DNA from: a virus | DNA: 64,000 bases | Virus record (IMG/VR): IMGVR_UViG_3300021964_007119 | Location: 1 to 64,000 of that record | Strand: one strand, 5' to 3' | Shown: in pieces, positions 48,604-56,940 of the stretch | Layout of the letters: every line of letters starts with the position of its first letter | Numbering within the stretch: the first letter of the stretch is position 1 | Notes under the pieces: model-generated | The model's input: the letters and a program-made list of their open reading frames with translations, nothing else | Databases searched by the model: none | Told to the model about the DNA's origin: nothing | Program-made: the position numbers and the translations under genes

Positions 48604-48745
48604 TATAGACTCCTATGTTTATGAGGTTCTACCTCTTTTATAAATGTTACTTTTAATGGTGAACATTACTAACCATATATCAATAAGTATATGTTAATAC
48701 GCCTAAACAATCAAGCTATTTTAATCATATAAAACTTACAATTAT

Positions 48746-48785
48746 AATATAATACTTTTTTTGTTGTTTGTCAAGAACTATTTTT
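48746..48785 (-). promoter_or_regulatory. Sigma70-type promoter (class I)
   Basis: TTGACA-N17-TATATT. Confidence 0.75.
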
Positions 48786-48939
48786 CTCTAATACGGTTTA
48801 TGTATTTCTTTATCAGTCGTTCTCTAAACGAAACTTTATCTTGTGAATGACCTGGATTCTGTTTAGTCCTAGTCAGTCTTTTTTGTAGTTGGTGAATCTT
48901 TCTAAATAATTTTGACTTGTATTCAAACTTCTTACTCAT
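48778..48939 (-). CDS. Small basic protein (53 aa)
   Basis: AGGAG RBS; MSKKFEYKSKLFRKIHQL... Confidence 0.55.
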   Translation of the reverse strand: MSKKFEYKSKLFRKIHQLQKRLTRTKQNPGHSQDKVSFRERLIKKYINRIREK

Positions 48940-48970
48940 TGCATTCTCCTATCTAAATTGTGATTTTATT

Positions 48971-49351
48971 TCAATATTCGTTTTTGTTTAATTTCTTTTT
49001 ATGGATTCTATACTTCCACAAGTTTTTTGGATTAAATGGAACATCTGGTATTTTGTCTACTTCTGCTTTCAATTTCAATATACTTGGTATCTGTACTACA
49101 TAAGTATCATCAATAACATTGAACCTACAAAGTTTATTTGTTTTATCACAAATACCCACTAAATCACCTTCTTTGGTTTCTATCAAATGTTTTCTATCAC
49201 TTGGTAACCCATACATATTTACATACTCTCCGCCTTCACTTGGAACTGAATGAAATATGCTTGGTTTAGGTGAACCATTATACTCAGACACATATGTCAA
49301 ACACAATAGTTCATCTTCTGGTGTTTTGGTTGTTTGGTTATACCTTTTCAC
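48971..49351 (-). CDS. Hypothetical protein
   Basis: Coupled ORF. Confidence 0.6.
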   Translation of the reverse strand: MKRYNQTTKTPEDELLCLTYVSEYNGSPKPSIFHSVPSEGGEYVNMYGLPSDRKHLIETKEGDLVGICDKTNKLCRFNVIDDTYVVQIPSILKLKAEVDKIPDVPFNPKNLWKYRIHKKKLNKNEY

Positions 49352-49806
49352 TATCTACGAAATGCATTTGGTTCATCATATTCGACTAATCCACTAAATT
49401 CTGATGATGAACGAATTTTCTTTCCAAGACCTTGTTGAAAATCAATTCCTAATTCACCACATACTTTTACTTCTGGTGAATTTGAAGCATCTCTATCACC
49501 ACCATTACAAAATATTAGTTTGTCCATAGGTTTAAATCTGTGAATCATCTTAATAGTTTCACATACTGACTTATCTTCATCAATTGATATGATAGCTTCA
49601 TCAACCATATCTAAATGATATACGATTTCTAATCTATCGTGTTCTATCATAAATTCATCACCTTTCTTTAACAAACATTGTTCACGATTATTTACAATAA
49701 CCACCAACTCATCTGCTAATTCTTTAGCTAATTTAAAGTATTCTAAGTGTCCTATGTGTAGTGGGTCAAAGTATCCACTAACTATTGCTGTTTTTTTTCT
49801 TTTCAT
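49351..49806 (-). CDS. HIGH-motif cytidylyl/adenylyltransferase
   Basis: SGYFDPLHIGH, NGGDR, RSSS. Confidence 0.9.
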   Translation of the reverse strand: MKRKKTAIVSGYFDPLHIGHLEYFKLAKELADELVVIVNNREQCLLKKGDEFMIEHDRLEIVYHLDMVDEAIISIDEDKSVCETIKMIHRFKPMDKLIFCNGGDRDASNSPEVKVCGELGIDFQQGLGKKIRSSSEFSGLVEYDEPNAFRR

Positions 49807-49808
49807 TA

Positions 49809-50717
49809 TTACTCCTTTATAATAAGTATTTCGTGAGAATCCTTTTGATTACTGATTCCCATCTGTTTTCTGTTTTTTCCTATTCTCGTTTCACCCGTTC
49901 CCATAGAATAATTCCATTTAGGAAATACTTGGTGAAAATCTTTATACCATTCTCTAATGGTTTCACAATTATTATATGATAGAACAAATGAACCTTCGTG
50001 GTCATATAACATATCTCTCAACTTCTCGTGGTCAAATCCGTCGTGATGAACGGGTATATTCCTCATTGGATAAATACCATTGAACATCTTGTTGTCTTTG
50101 TCTTGTTCCAAATAATAAGGTGGGTCTAAATATAATAAATCTTTTTTGTGATTAGGTATCACATCTCTATAATCTGCTTGTTGAACTGACAAATTGGGGC
50201 ACAAAAAGTTATTGATGTTTTTGCACATTTGTTTCCACTTATCTGCTTGTAAATATACTGAACTACCCCAACCGAGATAACCCGGCCCATAAGAAGTATT
50301 GTGGTTAAAGTAATAAAGAGAAGCTCTTTCTAAATCAGATAACGATATCACATTGTCTCGTTTGTAAGAATCTGTTTTCCAATCTGCTAGCATATCTTGT
50401 GTTTTATCTAATGACATAAGAATTTCTTTTACTTCTTTATAAGTCTTATCATCAGGGGTAATCTTGGAAAGTTCCTTTGACAACTCTTGTGGTTGTGATA
50501 AAAGAACTTCCCAAAAATTAACCAACATATCGAACACATCATATCCAATAACTTCAATATCCAATTCATTAGCCCAACGAACCTCTAACGAACCACCACC
50601 AATAAATGGCGATATAATTCGTTTAGGTTTAGGCCAAAATGGAATGTAAGTTGAGATAAATCCATACGCTCTGGACTTACCACCTGCATATCTTAATGGT
50701 GTTCGACTATGTTTCAT
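49809..50717 (-). CDS. D12-class (Dam-like) N6-adenine DNA methyltransferase
   Basis: PLRYAGGKS, SPFIGGGS, YLDPPY, LSYN. Confidence 0.92.
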   Translation of the reverse strand: MKHSRTPLRYAGGKSRAYGFISTYIPFWPKPKRIISPFIGGGSLEVRWANELDIEVIGYDVFDMLVNFWEVLLSQPQELSKELSKITPDDKTYKEVKEILMSLDKTQDMLADWKTDSYKRDNVISLSDLERASLYYFNHNTSYGPGYLGWGSSVYLQADKWKQMCKNINNFLCPNLSVQQADYRDVIPNHKKDLLYLDPPYYLEQDKDNKMFNGIYPMRNIPVHHDGFDHEKLRDMLYDHEGSFVLSYNNCETIREWYKDFHQVFPKWNYSMGTGETRIGKNRKQMGISNQKDSHEILIIKE

Positions 50718-50899
50718 TATTTATTTTCTTCAACTGAAGCTTTACGATACTCAGTAACTAACTTTTTTACTTCACCAATCGCTTTACGAGCTCTCGTTCC
50801 AGCGGCTTTGTTTCCAGTATTTAAGTTAGTTTGATGATTCGTTGAAAAGTCTGTAAACAAATCATTCAGTTGTGAATATAACTCATCTAATTTACTCAT
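50717..50899 (-). CDS. Histone H1-like protein (Hc1 family)
   Basis: GNKAAGTRARK...YRKASV. Confidence 0.85.
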   Translation of the reverse strand: MSKLDELYSQLNDLFTDFSTNHQTNLNTGNKAAGTRARKAIGEVKKLVTEYRKASVEENK

Positions 50900-50944
50900 T
50901 GTAATCTCCTTAAGGTTTGAGTTTTAGTTTTTCCTTTTCTTATG

Positions 50945-51016
50945 AGGCGTGTGTAGGAATCGAACCTACGAACAATGGTTTTGCAAACCACGACATTGCC
51001 ATTCTGTCAACACGCC
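50945..51016 (-). tRNA. tRNA-Cys(GCA)
   Basis: GGCGTGT/ACACGCC, loop TT-GCA-AA, U73. Confidence 0.93.
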
Positions 51017-51020
51017 GTTG

Positions 51021-51105
51021 TGGTAAGTGATGGATTTGAACCACCGTATCTCATACGAGAGTCAGATTTACAGTCTGATGCTTTTAACCGCTCAGCCAAC
51101 TTACC
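51021..51105 (-). tRNA. tRNA-Tyr(GUA)
   Basis: Loop CT-GTA-AA, long variable arm. Confidence 0.95.
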
Positions 51106-51106
51106 G

Positions 51107-51180
51107 AGCTTCCAGTAGGATTTGAACCCACGACATTCTCATTACAAATGAGATGCTCTACCAAACTGAGCTATGGAAGC
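51107..51180 (-). tRNA. tRNA-Thr(UGU)
   Basis: GCTTCCA/TGGAAGC, loop TT-TGT-AA. Confidence 0.95.
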
Positions 51181-51185
51181 GTTTG

Positions 51186-51257
51186 TACTCCGACGGGTAG
51201 TCGAAACCCGATTTTATGGATGAAAACCATATGTCCTAACCATTAGACGACCGGAGC
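51186..51257 (-). tRNA. tRNA-Glu(UUC)
   Basis: GCTCCGG/TCGGAGT, loop TT-TTC-AT; T-stem closes U-A instead of G-C. Confidence 0.9.
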
Positions 51258-51480
51258 ATTACTTATAGAAGCTTTGTTATGTCCTTGAAGAATAGCATTT
51301 AAGTCTTGTTCTGACAAGGTGTGGAATTATTTAATCGGTTTTCCAATCATTTCCGAACTACCTATAAGTGTTTAATTTAAAGGTTAATTTTTCTCAGACC
51401 TCTGTTTATAACCAGTCCAATACAAAAACCTAATAATACTAATAATATTTCTTGCATGTTTATCTCCTTTTATATGTTTG

Positions 51481-51553
51481 TGGAGCTGACAGGAATCGAA
51501 CCCGCGACCTACGCAGTGCAAGTGCGTCGCTCTTCCAACTGAGCTACAGCCCC
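51481..51553 (-). tRNA. tRNA-Ala(UGC)
   Basis: GGGGCTG/CAGCTCC with G3.U70, loop CT-TGC-AC. Confidence 0.96.
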
Positions 51554-51625
51554 ATATCTGTTTATCTATTAACTATTAAGTTAAATAAAATTACACTCGC
51601 TAATACACCAGTCATTTCTACCATA

Positions 51626-51778
51626 CTATCTCCTTTTCTTATATCTGTTCAAAGTTTTCTTAGGAACTGCTCCTAAGTGTGTTTGTGGTTTCGTTCCAAA
51701 CTTGGTATTCTTTCCTTTACCTTGTCTGGTTTTTTTCTGACCATTACCCGTTCTACTATCACTTGTTAATACTGCCAT
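51626..51778 (-). CDS. Small basic protein (50 aa)
   Basis: AAGGAG RBS; KKTRQGKGKNTK. Confidence 0.6.
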   Translation of the reverse strand: MAVLTSDSRTGNGQKKTRQGKGKNTKFGTKPQTHLGAVPKKTLNRYKKRR

Positions 51779-51787
51779 ACTCTCTCC

Positions 51788-52054
51788 TTATACTTTCCAA
51801 AAATCTTCTTCTTTATATGTGTTGGTAAATGAACCTTCTCCGTGTACTTCTTCAGCACCTTCGGTTGAACTATAATAGTTAACAACAGCTCCTTTAATAT
51901 CAACAACCTTACCTTCTTCTTTTGGATTGAAGTTTCTATTACTTGGTGGAATCTTTATGTGGATATGTTCCACTTGTCCTACTCTTCCAGTATCTGAACA
52001 CTTCTTTCGTAGTCCTTCTAAATTAATTCCTTGATTTCTTCTTCTTCTTGGCAT
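51788..52054 (-). CDS. Hypothetical protein
   Basis: GAGGAG RBS. Confidence 0.6.
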   Translation of the reverse strand: MPRRRRNQGINLEGLRKKCSDTGRVGQVEHIHIKIPPSNRNFNPKEEGKVVDIKGAVVNYYSSTEGAEEVHGEGSFTNTYKEEDFWKV

Positions 52055-52520
52055 TTTTGCTCCTCGTTTTTAGTTTTACTTCTGAAGTTGTCTTTTCTCT
52101 ATGACACTTCTTACATAGTGTTTGTAAATTTTCTAATTTATAATAATTCCAATCTAAATCTTTTTCTTTTACACCCTTTTGTTCTACCAATGGTTTGATG
52201 TGGTCTGCTTCCCAATGTAAATCAAAGTATCCACATTTTTTACAAATACCTTCATCACGATTCCATAGTTGAGCTCGTTGTTCTCCACTATGATAGATTA
52301 ATAAGTATTCAGTTGCACAATCTTCGTGCCAACTTTTACGGGTGTTAATCGTATCTTCTTTCTCATTCAATATAACATTACCACACCACCTACAATTACC
52401 TTTGGTCTTGGTATAGTAATGTTTTGGTTTTGGTGGTTTACGGAAATCTCCGTTCCACTTCTCTTTTTTCTTTTTTCCAAATGTCTTCTCGTGTCGTGAA
52501 CTCCACCTACTTAACGGCAC
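52023..52520 (-). CDS. HNH endonuclease
   Basis: CKKC...EADHIKP...NLQTLCKKCHREKT. Confidence 0.88.
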   Translation of the reverse strand: MPLSRWSSRHEKTFGKKKKEKWNGDFRKPPKPKHYYTKTKGNCRWCGNVILNEKEDTINTRKSWHEDCATEYLLIYHSGEQRAQLWNRDEGICKKCGYFDLHWEADHIKPLVEQKGVKEKDLDWNYYKLENLQTLCKKCHREKTTSEVKLKTRSKNAKKKKKSRN

Positions 52521-53086
52521 ATAAACTCCTTTGAAAGACGCGGGCCGTGGGGGCCGTCATAAACATCTGCCTTTGCCTCCCGAACCATTTTATTTTAAAT
52601 CCTCATATAAGTTTAATAATATCACATATACAGCTATTCCACATATCAACAAAACAAAGCTTGTGACAATCCATTGTATTATCGTAAATATTAAACTAAA
52701 CATTTATAACTTTCATTGTACTCATAATTTTTTAAAACTCGGGTAATAATAAAACTAAAGAAGCTCACCCTCATAACTATCGTCGTCCGTATCGTCCATA
52801 GGTATATCTATATTAAGATGTGATACAATATTCACATATAAAAAGAATACCCCACACCCTATACCGATGATACCGGTTAATAATTCTAATCCGTTCATTT
52901 CTTAAACATTTGGATACACAATTGTAACATAGATATCAGTTTAGACTTTAACGAAGTCGATTCTGATATAATGTTAGATTGTAATTCCGATGCCGTTTTA
53001 TTTTTCTTTTTCTTAAACATATTTATCCACTCTATTACATTAACCCACATTTATAAATATCAGGTAAGCCTTCCAAACCACCAGGC

Positions 53087-53419
53087 TTACGCGTCTATTT
53101 CTCTCTGGTCTTCTAAAGGTCTTTCATCTATTTCTTGTTTCCAATCTAAGATTTCCCAAGAAAAGGCCTTTCTATTTCTTTGAAACTCAGTCATAGACCA
53201 ATTAATGTTATCAGTTGTTAATGTCACGACCTCTGTATTGTGATTCTCATAATACATAATTTCAATCAGATAACTTTTTCTCTGTGATATTCTACTATTC
53301 ATATTCTTTCCTTTATTCTTTATTAATACTATTCCTAAATCATTCATCTTGATATAACCCACGCCATACCAATTATAATTAGTATGTTCATAAACATTTC
53401 CATTAATAATTTCTCCCAT
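53087..53419 (-). CDS. Hypothetical protein
   Basis: ORF track; may be two fused mini-genes. Confidence 0.5.
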   Translation of the reverse strand: MGEIINGNVYEHTNYNWYGVGYIKMNDLGIVLIKNKGKNMNSRISQRKSYLIEIMYYENHNTEVVTLTTDNINWSMTEFQRNRKAFSWEILDWKQEIDERPLEDQREIDA

Positions 53420-53785
53420 ACTTATCGGCGTTTCTCATTGCCCATAAAGTAAACACTATTAAACCTAATCCATATATTGTATATCCTAATATCTCCATTA
53501 TCCTATCCTCGTTAAAATATAAAATTGTAAGAACAACACCATCAGTGCAATGATTGTTCTGATAAACTCCATTAAATGATTATGTCTATCGAAGAACCTT
53601 TCAATTCTATACCATATACTATCTCTGTAATCCATACTATTACCTATTCCTTCCCTTGACACCTTGTGTCAAAAAACCTATGTGTTAAAAATACTCCCGA
53701 GTTTTGCACGACCTCGAGATAAAAATCAGTCAGAGCCTCCTCTATAAATCTTGCGACTTTGCAATCACGGTTAAATGCTCCCTAT

Positions 53786-53826
53786 AATATACGACATCTA
53801 TTTCTCAATGTCAAGAGCTTTTTTTA
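53786..53826 (-). promoter_or_regulatory. Sigma70-type promoter (class I)
   Basis: AAAAAAGCTC-TTGACA-N17-TATATT. Confidence 0.85.
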
Positions 53827-54015
53827 TTATCCTATTCCTATTTGAAATCCTAATTCTTCTGCGTTTTCTTTAAACTCCCATATACCTTGAACTAAGCCCT
53901 CTACTTCTTTATCGGACTTTTCCCAGAATTTGGGGTCGTGAAAGTCTTTTTGTATATCTTTCATTACTTGTTTCATCATATGTTGTAATTCTTTATCGTC
54001 TATATTACTTCTCAT
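53827..54015 (-). CDS. Hypothetical protein
   Basis: ORF following a long hairpin leader. Confidence 0.55.
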   Translation of the reverse strand: MRSNIDDKELQHMMKQVMKDIQKDFHDPKFWEKSDKEVEGLVQGIWEFKENAEELGFQIGIG

Positions 54016-54171
54016 AGTAGGAGCTTCTTTACCTTTATACTTACCCGTGATATACCAAGCCTCGTGGATTTACGATATTAACACCACGAGAACTTGACGA
54101 ACCTATTTGTTTATAATGTTTTCTTAGAACATTTATGTAAATCACTTATCCTTTTGTTAATAAAATTTTTG

Positions 54172-54368
54172 AGGGTGTTGTAGGATTCGAACCTACACGC
54201 TCCAATACTAACTCGTTACTTAGGTGAATATCACTATGGGTTCTCACACCCTACTTATCTAGATTCAGTATCACCGACCTTCGTCTTATTCTCGTCAGTC
54301 CCCTATTGGACTCGCACCGATTTTCATAACTCGTGTTCTTGACGACAAAACCAATCGTCATAACACCC
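54172..54368 (-). ncRNA. 197-nt tRNA-like RNA with oversized central insertion
   Basis: Acceptor GGGTGTT/AACACCC, D-like stem GACGA/TCGTC with GG loop, T arm GTAGG-TTCGAAT-CCTAC; no canonical anticodon arm. Confidence 0.8.
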
Positions 54369-54386
54369 AATTTTCAAATACATCTT

Positions 54387-54427
54387 AACTTACTACAATT
54401 ACCCGTAAAAGTCAAGAGCTTTTTTTA
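54387..54427 (-). promoter_or_regulatory. Sigma70-type promoter of tRNA-like RNA
   Basis: AAAAAGCTC-TTGACT-N17-TAAGTT. Confidence 0.75.
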
Positions 54428-54429
54428 AA

Positions 54430-54873
54430 TTATTTCGGATAGATAGCAAAGGTATCAGCATACTCAGCCAGACAATGCCCTTGAGCTCTCTCGTATCCGT
54501 ATTGTTCTTTACTACAACCTCTATACTTAATTCTATAATTCCCCGTTTTCATCATATTCCTAATCGTAGGATTATACCTAACTCTCATAGGAATACCTTT
54601 GTACAACGCTTGTTCAAAATAACCAGCTTCATATTGTTCCAACCTAATTGCTGGTTGATTCTGATTTAATCTATACAACTCCATAGGATTATGAGCATAT
54701 CTATAACTCGTTATCTCGTGAGTTCCGTTCTCAACATACTCTCCTTTATCATTATAATAACCATAAAAATTTTGAATATATCGTGTACATAGTGTATCTT
54801 CATAATTCCTCATAGGAATACCAAAAGTATCAGTTTGAATTTCCATATTTTCCTCGTTGTTTTGTTCTATCAT
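54430..54873 (-). CDS. Hypothetical protein (leaderless)
   Basis: ATG 5 nt after -10 box of TTGACT-N17-TAATAT promoter (54879-54907). Confidence 0.7.
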   Translation of the reverse strand: MIEQNNEENMEIQTDTFGIPMRNYEDTLCTRYIQNFYGYYNDKGEYVENGTHEITSYRYAHNPMELYRLNQNQPAIRLEQYEAGYFEQALYKGIPMRVRYNPTIRNMMKTGNYRIKYRGCSKEQYGYERAQGHCLAEYADTFAIYPK

Positions 54874-55021
54874 ACTCTATATTACGAATACCCGAACTAA
54901 AAGTCAAGAGCTTTTTCACATATTTCTCAGCTTTTTCCCCCAAAATCCCCTATGCCCCACACAGGCCGCAGTCTGTCATTTTGTCATACATCAGATTTTT
55001 TTACTTTTTTTCAAAAAGCAC

Positions 55022-55050
55022 TTGACAATAACGGCCATTTTTAGTAAATT
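55022..55050 (+). promoter_or_regulatory. Plus-strand sigma70-type promoter facing DnaA boxes
   Basis: TTGACA-N17-TAAATT with A-tract upstream. Confidence 0.65.
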
Positions 55051-55126
55051 ATAAGTTAAGCTGTATTATGTATCTGCAAGATTAGGATTGTCGCTCTAAT
55101 ATCTAGTAGCTCTTTCTTTTTGTATA

Positions 55127-55146
55127 TGTGGATAAGCTGTGGATAA
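55127..55146. promoter_or_regulatory. Two tandem consensus DnaA boxes (candidate origin)
   Basis: TGTGGATAA-gc-TGTGGATAA in a ~590-bp non-coding gap. Confidence 0.6.
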
Positions 55147-55464
55147 GTGTATGTCATTGTGTCATATCAGGGAAAAAAATCGCAGGGCTCAACACGAACA
55201 TATTATATTTCTTGTTATGATATTAAGAACTTGGTGGTCTGGTTGGGAAATTATGTGTGAAAAGTGGGTTGAATTCCCTTACTTTCCCTATTTTGATAAA
55301 AATGATATGTAGATTGGTGATGCACCAAATGAGTTTATAGGATTAAATATAATGATAGATTACTTTTTATTTGATATATGACAACCTTTTTTTATAAAAG
55401 TGTCTTAAAGGGGTATTCCCGTTCCAAATTTACCTATACCCGTTGATGAAATTTTGTTTGTGAG

Positions 55465-55629
55465 TTATTTCTTGATGTCGAACCAAATCGTTTCGTCGTC
55501 TTGATTTTTTGGTTCTTTTTTCTTGGTAGGTTTATCACTCCAGATGAGTAATAAAATTCCGATAATGAGTAGGATATGCAAGAATATTCCTATCCATTGA
55601 TAGTCTGATATGTGATTTAAAAAATCCAT
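55465..55629 (-). CDS. Small membrane protein (54 aa)
   Basis: MDFLNHISDYQWIGIFLHILLIIGILLLIW...; ATAGTTAT motif upstream. Confidence 0.55.
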   Translation of the reverse strand: MDFLNHISDYQWIGIFLHILLIIGILLLIWSDKPTKKKEPKNQDDETIWFDIKK

Positions 55630-55800
55630 AGTTGAGTATAACTATTTAGATATATTAATTATCTATCAGTTTTTTAAGTGAATACAATACCCACGCGGAT
55701 ATAGTTAAAGATGAGATTGCTATGATAAAGTGTTCCATATACTATTCTATAATAGATGAGATTCCTAAACATAAAATCGTTCCTATGTAAATTATTAATG

Positions 55801-56022
55801 CTATCGTTTCAACAACCATAGTTTTTTCTCCTGAAAATGTTTGATGTGTTTACAAGGTTTCCCTCGTCTAAATTTGTATCCTGGACAAGTACAAGTCCAC
55901 TCCAATACTCTTGGATTAAAAGTTATATCGTAGTCTTTATCTTTGATTTTTAGGTGTTGAGTTCCGTCGTCTTCTACCCATACTCCACCTATTAAATCAA
56001 TGAGATAATTATAATTGTTCAT
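55801..56022 (-). CDS. SWIM zinc-finger protein
   Basis: WTCTCPGY....PCKHI. Confidence 0.8.
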   Translation of the reverse strand: MNNYNYLIDLIGGVWVEDDGTQHLKIKDKDYDITFNPRVLEWTCTCPGYKFRRGKPCKHIKHFQEKKLWLLKR

Positions 56023-56197
56023 TAAAATCCTTTTGGTATAATTTTACTAATTCTTTGTCCATACGCATCCACCTTTTGAAATCTTTAACTTCCAATACCA
56101 TTATATCCAAACACTCTTCTATTTGAGTATCTGAATATCCTAATTTCAATAGGTGCTCAATTAAATCTGATAATGTGTAATTATTCTTCAAAACCAC
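56009..56197 (-). CDS. Hypothetical protein
   Basis: Overlapping ORF. Confidence 0.45.
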   Translation of the reverse strand: MVLKNNYTLSDLIEHLLKLGYSDTQIEECLDIMVLEVKDFKRWMRMDKELVKLYQKDFNEQL

Positions 56198-56405
56198 CTA
56201 AATATTCGTGTATTTCGTCATCAGTCATTCTGTTATCTTCTTGAAGTCTTTCAACCATTTCATCATAGGTTAAAGGTCTTCCATTGTTATAAACTGGTCC
56301 AATATTGGTTTCCATTTGAAACTCAATATCGTGTTGAGGTAATTTACCATTATCCCTATTCAATTCATAGTTCATACAACCCATAGCGAAAGTTCCCATA
56401 TCCAT
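56181..56405 (-). CDS. Hypothetical acidic protein
   Basis: AGGAG RBS; class I promoter at 56441-56469. Confidence 0.65.
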   Translation of the reverse strand: MDMGTFAMGCMNYELNRDNGKLPQHDIEFQMETNIGPVYNNGRPLTYDEMVERLQEDNRMTDDEIHEYLGGFEE

Positions 56406-56529
56406 AATTTAAATTCTCCTATTCATTATCATTACAATACAATATAGGAGCTTCCTCATTCAAAGTCAAGAGCTTTCTTTAAAAAAGATGAATTTTAATG
56501 CGAAAAATCTTTGATTTTTCCAATATATA

Positions 56530-56744
56530 TGGTGGGCCTATTAACATATATCTATAATATTATCAGAATTGACTCTTTCAGTCCAGTGTATAGGTACGAT
56601 ATGTGATTAGTGTGATGTATGGAGATTCTGATATATGGGAATTCTCAAATCAAGACAGTTCCCGCGGGGGGAACTGTGGTTGAATGGGAAAAGAGCTTCT
56701 ACTTATACTCATCTATTAGGGATATTTTCACGGGATGTAGACCC
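56530..56744 (-). ncRNA. Candidate 215-nt structured RNA with 7-bp terminal helix and 3' ACCA
   Basis: GGGUCUA / UAGGCCC-ACCA; helices ACAGUUCCC/GGGAACUGU and UAUCAGAAU/AUUCUGAUA. Confidence 0.6.
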
Positions 56745-56940
56745 TTATTATGATGTATGTAAGTGTAAGCTACTTTCCTTTTTATAATTCTTTACACAAG
56801 AACTGTCTATTTTTTGTGGACTTTTTTATTTCGTGTGATTACTTGATTACTATTACTATATGTAGTGGCTTCTATACTATCTATATTATTATTACCCGAG
56901 ATGGCTCATATATCCATATTCTTTACCACCATAAAAGTCG

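Noticed and set aside
51452-51676. 74-aa plus-strand ORF
   Set aside because: Antisense translation of tRNA-Ala
54973-55166. PhoB boxes (CTGTCAT)
   Set aside because: Repeat period is 8 bp, not the 11 bp of Pho boxes
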